Source: Oligoflexia bacterium (GTDB taxonomy: Bacteria; Bdellovibrionota; Bdellovibrionia; JABDDW01). From it: a stretch of 13,638 bases of DNA. This document shows positions 8,338 to 13,638 of this stretch, in pieces (the first letter of the stretch is position 1; each line of letters opens with the position of its first letter). The stretch is from positions 1 through 13,638 of the forward strand of contig JAYTHU010000093.1 in the NCBI GenBank assembly GCA_043732305.1. The letters are read 5' to 3'. The translations under genes and the position numbers were made by a program. The notes under the pieces are model-generated. The model saw only the letters and a list, made by a program, of their open reading frames with translations, was not told the DNA's origin and ran no database searches.

Positions 8338-9297
8338 TTACAATTGGATAGTCTTTTTTTGAAAAAAAGATAATTTCTTTACTGAAGTTCTCGCGCCAGA
8401 TTTTTTATTTCGCAGGCTATAATTTAGGCAGAGAACATTCATTTGGCAATTCAGGCAAACTTCGATTTTGAATTTGCTCGGACAACTTTGAGAGATTCCC
8501 AGATGGCAGAGTGCAAAGTCATAGCGAGTAGGATCTTCGGGAGAAATATTTCTGAGAGCGTGCGTGATTTCTTCCGCTGTTTTCCAACTGGCGTCTTTTC
8601 TCTTGGTCAGCCCTAGATTTTTTGAAATGCGCAGAATGTGCGTGTCGACGGGGATGATCAATTTCTCTGGAGGAAATTTACTCCAAAGTCCCAATGTCAT
8701 CGGGCCTGTGCCGGAAACCCATTTCATAAACAGCAGTAAGCGTTTGCATCCGCTTTTGTCCGAAGGCTTTGGGAAAAAGAAAAGTACCCCCTTAGATTTT
8801 GGCTTTTTGTAAGGACCTGTCGAAAGGTCTGTCATGCGCTTGATAAAGTTTTCGAGCATTGTTGAGAGAGTTAGATTTTCCGGGGTTTCAGCTTTAGAAC
8901 TTTCCATGAAGAAATTTTCCAAGCTTCCGGATTCTTTTAAAGCAATCCCTAACCAAGTCAACAGAAGTCCGAGATCATCAGCCGTGTTGAAACGATGTTT
9001 GAAACTTCGAGGAATTATCTCGAGCCACTCGCCCGCGCTAGTTTTGATTAGTTTCTGAGCAGGGGAGGGACCGAGTAATGTTAGGATTTTTTCGACTGAT
9101 TTTATAATTTGCTTCACGTTTCCATATGCAAACGCGCAAGTGATGAAAGCGACAACTTCACGGTCGGGCGAGTGATCGTATTTTAAAACAAGGGAAAGAG
9201 GGTCGTTGGCGACTTCGTTTTCCAGTATCTGAGTTTTTTCAATTCGCATGAGTTGCAATCGAAGTTCGGGAAAATTTAAAGCAGATCGTTTGGCCAT
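8338..9297 (-). CDS. TIGR02757/DUF2400-like protein (HhH-GPD/endonuclease III-related superfamily) with C-terminal 4-Cys motif
   Basis: Family-like blocks DP…DREVVAF…AFAYGNVKQI, FKHRF, SGCKRLLLFMKW, LGLW, LIIPVDTHILRI…LGLTKRK, DPTRYDFALCHLG. ATG at 9297 is preferred over 9399 because the upstream extension overlaps a divergent sigma54 promoter. Confidence 0.8.
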   Translation of the reverse strand: MAKRSALNFPELRLQLMRIEKTQILENEVANDPLSLVLKYDHSPDREVVAFITCAFAYGNVKQIIKSVEKILTLLGPSPAQKLIKTSAGEWLEIIPRSFKHRFNTADDLGLLLTWLGIALKESGSLENFFMESSKAETPENLTLSTMLENFIKRMTDLSTGPYKKPKSKGVLFFFPKPSDKSGCKRLLLFMKWVSGTGPMTLGLWSKFPPEKLIIPVDTHILRISKNLGLTKRKDASWKTAEEITHALRNISPEDPTRYDFALCHLGISQSCPSKFKIEVCLNCQMNVLCLNYSLRNKKSGARTSVKKLSFFQKKTIQL

Positions 9298-9393
9298 TGG
9301 GTCACTTTGACACTGATAACATCGTGATGAAATAAGAATCGGATTGTTTTGGCCCCAGATGGAAGGCCAGTTTGATTCAAAATGATTTGGCCG

Positions 9394-9409
9394 TGGCACG
9401 GAGAGTGCT
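9394..9409 (+). promoter_or_regulatory. Sigma54 (RpoN) -24/-12 promoter; predicted +1 near 9420
   Basis: TGGCACG-GAGA-GTGCT has the invariant GG and GC 10 nt apart and one mismatch (G for T) in the -12 box. Confidence 0.6.
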
Positions 9410-9419
9410 TTAGTGATGA

Positions 9420-9620
9420 GTAGGAAGTTTCACGAAGAAGACTCCGGCGGAATAACAAACACCGAAATCAAAAAAGATTTCTAACGCTGGTGGGGCTATG
9501 GATGGCCCGATAGCTTCAGAGGGAAATATATCTCGATTTTGTTAAGTCGCCCGGGGGGGCTTCATTAACTTGAATACCCGCGTACCAGCACCAAGCACGC
9601 ACGTATGCGGGTATTCCGTT
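9420..9620 (+). ncRNA. Candidate structured small RNA or leader, family not recognised
   Basis: At least five hairpins, including a 14-bp stem (9572-9585/9603-9616). G-U pairs favour the + strand. Begins at the predicted sigma54 start. Confidence 0.45.
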
Positions 9621-9637
9621 CTCACTCTCCAAATTCA

Positions 9638-9667
9638 TTGACTAATGCTTAGCGTCATCTGGACAAT
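9638..9667 (+). promoter_or_regulatory. Possible sigma70-type promoter for the 9678 operon
   Basis: TTGACT (9638-9643), 18-nt spacer, GACAAT (9662-9667). No clear RBS before ATG 9678, so the mRNA may be nearly leaderless. Confidence 0.35.
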
Positions 9668-9677
9668 TAAGTTAAGA

Positions 9678-10619
9678 ATGACAACTACAGATCGCATTTT
9701 ACAATTTTTCTTCGTTCACCAACTGATGTTTATCGAGGCTTTTTTCGCTTTGATTCTTGGTATCTGCGTCGTCTGGCTTTTTGTGCATTTGCAAAATGAA
9801 GAAGAAGACGATTCCACAAAAAATGCTGATCTCGAAAACATTCTATATAAAGTTTTAGAAAAACAGGCCCGAAATTCTTCCGCAGCTTCAATCGCGCCGA
9901 TGGCTGCACTCGCAAAATCTGCCACTGCGCCATCACCTATTGCACCACTTACGGCAAAACCAATCATTCAACCGCTGGGAATTCAAACGCCGCTCGCTCC
10001 CGTAGCAAAACCCGTGGTGACTCCATTGAGCCCAGTGCCAGTCGCGCCAGTCGCACCTGTTACGCCCGTCGCAGCTGTTACGTCAAATCTTGATCCTGCA
10101 GAATTCGCAAAATTAAAATCTGAAAATGAAGACAAAAAACTCAAGTTAGAAGTTTTGGAAAAATCTCTCGCCGAAGCTAAAAAAGCTTCAGCCACTCCCG
10201 TTGACACCAGCGAATTTGAGAAAAAAATCAAGGATTTAGAATCTCGACTTGGTGAGTATGAAATTATTGAAGACGACATTGCAAATTTAAGTCTCTACAA
10301 AGAAGAGAATGCTCGTCTTAAAAACGAGCTGCAAAAAGTGAAATCTCCCGGAGCTTCTGACGAGGCCGAATTACCAATGGAAGCCGCTGCGGAAGAAAAA
10401 GCGATCAAAAAAGCAATCGACAAAGAAGCTGTGGAATCAGAGAATTCGCCGGACGTTGCTCCTGAAAATATCATAGATACCGCTAAACTTCTTGATCAAG
10501 CAGCGGATCTTTCTGCTCAGCCTGTGCCAGAAGGTGTGGTTCCCGCAAATGACGGGAAAGATTCTGGAGAAAAATTAATCGACGAATTCGAAAATTTCAT
10601 GAAAGGCGCTGGTCGATGA
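9678..10619 (+). CDS. Hypothetical membrane-anchored protein: N-terminal TM helix, Pro/Ala-rich linker, coiled coil, acidic tail
   Basis: TM segment FIEAFFALILGICVVWLFVHL, P/A/V-rich region, heptad-like region KIKDLESRLGEYEIIEDDIANLSLYKEENARLKNEL. Start uncertain (9645, 9678 or 9726). Confidence 0.8.
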   Translation: MTTTDRILQFFFVHQLMFIEAFFALILGICVVWLFVHLQNEEEDDSTKNADLENILYKVLEKQARNSSAASIAPMAALAKSATAPSPIAPLTAKPIIQPLGIQTPLAPVAKPVVTPLSPVPVAPVAPVTPVAAVTSNLDPAEFAKLKSENEDKKLKLEVLEKSLAEAKKASATPVDTSEFEKKIKDLESRLGEYEIIEDDIANLSLYKEENARLKNELQKVKSPGASDEAELPMEAAAEEKAIKKAIDKEAVESENSPDVAPENIIDTAKLLDQAADLSAQPVPEGVVPANDGKDSGEKLIDEFENFMKGAGR

Positions 10620-11368
10620 CCCGTCCGAAGTTTAGTTTCTCACTTGCACTTTTGCTGGTGAGTTCTGTTTCTCAAGCGAACCTTCCTCCAAAGCCTCAGC
10701 CTAAAATTGAAAAAATACTGGCCACCCATTCTGAAACTAAGTTTGAAAAATTGAAAAATCTTGGCCCTGATGTTTATTCCAATCTGAGACAAATCACATT
10801 TGATGAAAAACAGCCACTCGGGATGCGTTGGCAGGCGTTTATGGCCATGGCTCGGATTGGTGAAAAAGAATCCATGCCTGAAATTGAAATGGCACTCAAG
10901 AGTCGCGAGTGGTTTTTGAGAGATGCCGCTCTTCGCGTTGTGCCTTTGTTTGACGAAAAAAAAGCATTCGAATTTGCGACCAAGAGTTTGGATGATTCGG
11001 CACTCGTTGTGCGCACTCAGGCGGTAGATACTTTGGGAAAATTAAAAAATCCTGAGAGTTCGAAAAAACTTTGGAGCCTGCTCTATTCTGAATCCAATTA
11101 CATGCATCATCAAAGTTTATGGATCAGACGTCATATCGTGGAAGCACTTGCGGATTTTTCTCCTAGAGGCACTGAAGAGAAATTTATAAAAGTTTTGGAT
11201 GACGCTGATTCAACTCTTTACGCTCCCGCCATCAAAGGTTTAGAGCGTCTATCGGGTAAAAAGCTTGGAAATGAAACCATGCCGGTTGTCTACAAAAGAC
11301 ATCTATGGAAAAAATGGTTTGAAGCTGCTACTAAAGCCTCGGGTAAACCCGCCGCTAAAACTATTTGA
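10616..11368 (+). CDS. Exported HEAT/PBS-lyase-like repeat protein
   Basis: Signal peptide ending VSQA, HEAT-like repeats (MRWQAFMAMARIG, LRDAALRVV, LDDSALVVRTQAVDTLGKL, IRRHIVEALADF). ATGA overlap with the upstream gene. Confidence 0.8.
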   Translation: MTRPKFSFSLALLLVSSVSQANLPPKPQPKIEKILATHSETKFEKLKNLGPDVYSNLRQITFDEKQPLGMRWQAFMAMARIGEKESMPEIEMALKSREWFLRDAALRVVPLFDEKKAFEFATKSLDDSALVVRTQAVDTLGKLKNPESSKKLWSLLYSESNYMHHQSLWIRRHIVEALADFSPRGTEEKFIKVLDDADSTLYAPAIKGLERLSGKKLGNETMPVVYKRHLWKKWFEAATKASGKPAAKTI

Positions 11369-11855
11369 TTTCGAGAAATCTTCCAATGCGGTAGAGCACT
11401 GCATTTTCTTCCAAACCATCTGAGTCGATAGGTCTGTAACCACTGAAAAAATCGGATTGCACTTCCGGCACTTTGGTGACGCTGACTTTCACCACATTTG
11501 ATTTTCCGATTCGTCCTTTGACGGCGCGAATGATGAGGCGATATCTCAACCCCGCGGGAGATTTGGCGTCGTTGGGATCAGAGAAAAGTTTGTCTGATTT
11601 GACGTAGTCAGTTTCTAAAATTCCAGATTCATAAATATTGGTCTTCACCGGATATTTTCTCATAGCGAGCTGCACCGCTCGCCAAACTTTTTCAAAACTA
11701 TCGTTGAATGAATCATTCACAGGAGTTTTAATTGGCGAATCTTTGATCATGACATCCGTGCAAGCACTTAGGCTTGCAATTACACTTGCAAAAAGCAAAA
11801 CGGTCAAAAGACTTCGGGGAAATATTTTAAAAATCGATGTTGTTGCGAGAGGCAT
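11361..11855 (-). CDS. Hypothetical lipoprotein (BamC/DUF3568-like helix-grip pattern, tentative)
   Basis: Lipobox LSA-C after a hydrophobic stretch. The pattern SFEKVWRAVQLAM…GILETDY resembles helix-grip outer-membrane lipoproteins. Confidence 0.7.
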   Translation of the reverse strand: MPLATTSIFKIFPRSLLTVLLFASVIASLSACTDVMIKDSPIKTPVNDSFNDSFEKVWRAVQLAMRKYPVKTNIYESGILETDYVKSDKLFSDPNDAKSPAGLRYRLIIRAVKGRIGKSNVVKVSVTKVPEVQSDFFSGYRPIDSDGLEENAVLYRIGRFLEIK

Positions 11856-13317
11856 GAGTTGCTACCTGCAAAAGGGTGATATCGTTTTCAGCGGACACTG
11901 GAGATAGATTAGGATCTATTGCTAACCAAATCAACTCCCAATGATTTTTTTGCCCAACAGTCAGTGTTTCAAAATTTTGATTGAACGGAAGCGAAGGAAC
12001 TGTGAACGATGGATTTCCTGCGGCATTCGCTTGATTTGTCAGTGGCGCGGATCCAATGAAAATCCAAAGTGGGGCAGATGTGTCACCCCTTGAAGTGGCT
12101 CTGCTCTGAGATAAAACTGCATAGTAGCTAGATGCTTCAGGTGAAATCTTCGGCTGCTCTACTCGGGAGAAACTAAGTGTTTTTCCTAAAGGGAGCACGC
12201 TCAGTGCTGGTACATTCAAAAAAGAACCGAGGTTGATATTACTTTGCGGGAGTGATCGCGCCAAGATTGCCGTCATGGCATTTGAAACGTTAAACCCACC
12301 GCTGGATGCTGCGGCTACTCCTAGCGCCAGCATGGACATTTGTGACGCTTTATCTCCGCTTAGACAATTGAGGGCCAAAGAATCTGCGCCCAAAAGTTTG
12401 AGATCGGTGATTTGGTATAAACCCGAACTCAAACTTGAATTAAACCCGAGGGTTTGTTTCAGAGGCGCACCAACGACCTGATATCCCGCAGGAGCATTGG
12501 ACACAGAAGCCTGCATGCAAGAAGTGAAGGTTTCCTCGCCGACTTTGAGCACTGTGTTTGTGACATTTGTGGATGAAGCCGCTTGGTTAGCCAAAATGCT
12601 TTCTGAATTAAATCTCATTTTATTTAGTAAAGTCATGTCAATTCCGTTTGCCGATGAAAGGCTCTCAGCTGCGGAAAATGGAAAGCTCCCGGTGATGCCC
12701 ACTAGATTATAATTTTCATTTGCTGTCACCTCAACGGAGAATTGTGCTTTTTCTAGTGTGATAGGAAAAAATCCGTAACTCAAACTCTGATGTGGAAGAC
12801 TAATATTGGATGGTATATTTATTTTTTTTCCGTAGATGGAAATCTGATCCGTCGTAGTGCTGACCAGATCATTGACTTGAAGATCAAAAACTTTTCCTGG
12901 GTCAATCAGTGGCACGGTTATGCCGAACGAAATATTATTGCCGGCTCCAGGATTGACCCATCCGGAGAAAGTTCCACTGACTTGGACGGTGGCGATTGGA
13001 TCGGCGAGAGGAATTTTAACGGCTATATTCTCCCCCGATTGATTCAGGTAAGTCACAAACGGGTGATTGACCGCAACAACCGTCACCGGCTGATCTTGAA
13101 TAGAGGTGACGGCCGGGAAACTGATCCTGCCTTGGCTATTAGTCAGGCCCCAGTTGTTTGCGAAGGGAATATTGGGGTCTGTGCCCACGTGAACCGCGCA
13201 CTGGGCACAGGGTTGACCGCTGATGTCCTGAACTAGGACCGCGAGCGCGAGAGCTTTAGGAAATCCGATCAGGTTTACTAAAATGAATAAAAAAGTAACA
13301 TATGTGGCTTTAATCAT
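11827..13317 (-). CDS. Hypothetical exported beta-rich protein (N-terminal carboxypeptidase-regulatory/prealbumin-like segment, tentative)
   Basis: Signal peptide ending ALA, VQDISGQP…TNSQGRISF pattern, strong RBS AAGGAGG about 10 nt upstream. Overlaps the downstream lipoprotein gene. Confidence 0.8.
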   Translation of the reverse strand: MIKATYVTFLFILVNLIGFPKALALAVLVQDISGQPCAQCAVHVGTDPNIPFANNWGLTNSQGRISFPAVTSIQDQPVTVVAVNHPFVTYLNQSGENIAVKIPLADPIATVQVSGTFSGWVNPGAGNNISFGITVPLIDPGKVFDLQVNDLVSTTTDQISIYGKKINIPSNISLPHQSLSYGFFPITLEKAQFSVEVTANENYNLVGITGSFPFSAAESLSSANGIDMTLLNKMRFNSESILANQAASSTNVTNTVLKVGEETFTSCMQASVSNAPAGYQVVGAPLKQTLGFNSSLSSGLYQITDLKLLGADSLALNCLSGDKASQMSMLALGVAAASSGGFNVSNAMTAILARSLPQSNINLGSFLNVPALSVLPLGKTLSFSRVEQPKISPEASSYYAVLSQSRATSRGDTSAPLWIFIGSAPLTNQANAAGNPSFTVPSLPFNQNFETLTVGQKNHWELIWLAIDPNLSPVSAENDITLLQVATHASRNNIDF

Positions 13318-13377
13318 GGAAAACCCCCCTCCTTTACAGGCTCTCTTTTTTTCTTAAGGGGAGTCAAGTCGAGATGA

Positions 13378-13407
13378 TTGACAAGGGGTGCACAGCTTCA
13401 CTATATT
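13378..13407 (+). promoter_or_regulatory. Sigma70 promoter of tRNA-Met
   Basis: TTGACA (13378-13383), 18-nt spacer, TATATT (13402-13407), about 30 nt upstream of the tRNA. Confidence 0.6.
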
Positions 13408-13437
13408 CGTTTCTGTTCAGAAAATTCGGTTTTCTGT

Positions 13438-13514
13438 AGCGGTGTAGCTCAGTTGGCTAGAGCATGCGGTTCATACTCGCAGGGTCGGGGGTTCGAATCC
13501 CTCCACCGCTACCA
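13438..13514 (+). tRNA. tRNA-Met (CAT), elongator type
   Basis: Acceptor stem AGCGGTG/CACCGCT plus ACCA, D arm TAGCTCAGTTGGCTAGAGC, anticodon stem TGCGG/TCGCA with loop TTCATAC (CAT 13472-13474), T loop GTTCGAATC. The 1:72 pair is intact and there is no GGG/CCC run, so it is not fMet. Confidence 0.95.
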
Positions 13515-13519
13515 TATTC

Positions 13520-13564
13520 ACCCAAATCCGAAGATCGAATAACCCAAATCCGAAGATCGAATAA
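13520..13564 (+). repeat. Perfect 22-bp tandem duplication (ACCCAAATCCGAAGATCGAATA x2)
   Basis: 13520-13541 is identical to 13542-13563. Confidence 0.92.
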
Positions 13565-13578
13565 GTCGAAAAATTACG

Positions 13579-13601
13579 AACCACCTAAAGGTGGTTTTTT
13601 T
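13579..13601 (+). terminator. Rho-independent terminator of the tRNA transcript
   Basis: AACCACC-TAAA-GGTGGTT hairpin followed by a T run. Confidence 0.85.
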
Positions 13602-13638
13602 GTGTCTGGATGTTGCCGTTTATGATTTTCGCGGGCAA

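Noticed and set aside
9298..9399. ORF-track N-terminal extension of the TIGR02757-like gene
   Set aside because: Non-ATG start inside the divergent sigma54 box and no family-like sequence. ATG 9297 is more plausible.
9572..9616. 14-bp hairpin as an intrinsic terminator
   Set aside because: No U tract follows on either strand and the loop is 17 nt. It may still stabilise an RNA 3' end.
9400..9630. Retron msr-msd, tmRNA, 6S RNA or glycine/c-di-GMP riboswitch identity for the structured region
   Set aside because: No reverse transcriptase nearby, no tRNA-like T arm or CCA end, not a single long rod with a central bubble, and riboswitch core motifs (CTCAGG; GCAAA…GAAA…GACGCAAAG) are absent.
12910..12924. 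TGGCACGGTTATGCC as a sigma54 promoter
   Set aside because: GG-to-GC spacing is 9 rather than the required 10, and it lies antisense within a CDS.
97..13236. Short ORF-track entries antisense to or out of frame with the main genes (e.g. 97-300, 1230-1466, 3558-3803, 4251-4589, 4644-5000, 9983-10279, 12790-13236)
   Set aside because: They lie within or largely overlap well-supported genes, lack recognisable motifs, and look like shadow ORFs.
13438..13514. Initiator tRNA-fMet or tRNA-Ile2(CAT)
   Set aside because: The 1:72 pair is intact and there are no three consecutive G-C pairs in the anticodon stem. The sequence resembles elongator tRNA-Met. Ile2 is less likely but not formally excluded without an isotype model.
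13520..13564. CRISPR array
   Set aside because: Only two directly abutting copies, no spacers and no cas genes.

Overview
Gene-dense bacterial chromosomal window of moderate GC. A Bdellovibrionota/Oligoflexia-like origin is inferred from the style of the secreted hypothetical proteins and is not proven. Contents: a PlsC/OlsA-family acyltransferase (-); a class Ia ribonucleotide reductase operon nrdAB (+); a convergent 1073-aa signal-peptide, multi-TM protein of unknown function (-); a TIGR02757-like HhH-GPD protein with a C-terminal 4-Cys motif (-); a two-gene operon for a membrane-anchored Pro/Ala-rich coiled-coil protein and an exported HEAT-repeat protein (+); a two-gene operon for an exported protein and a lipoprotein (-); and an elongator tRNA-Met(CAT) with promoter, a 22-bp tandem duplication and a terminator. 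No mobile element, CRISPR array or defence system is visible. The most interesting signals are non-coding. (1) Three near-consensus sigma54 (-24/-12) promoters at 910, 8197 and 9394. (2) A ~200-nt structured, GGA-containing candidate sRNA starting at the predicted start of the 9394 promoter. (3) A structured nrdA leader with a possible three-way junction. (4) A shared ATTGAC-N10-CGTCA palindrome over two sigma70-like -35 boxes, each downstream of a sigma54 promoter.
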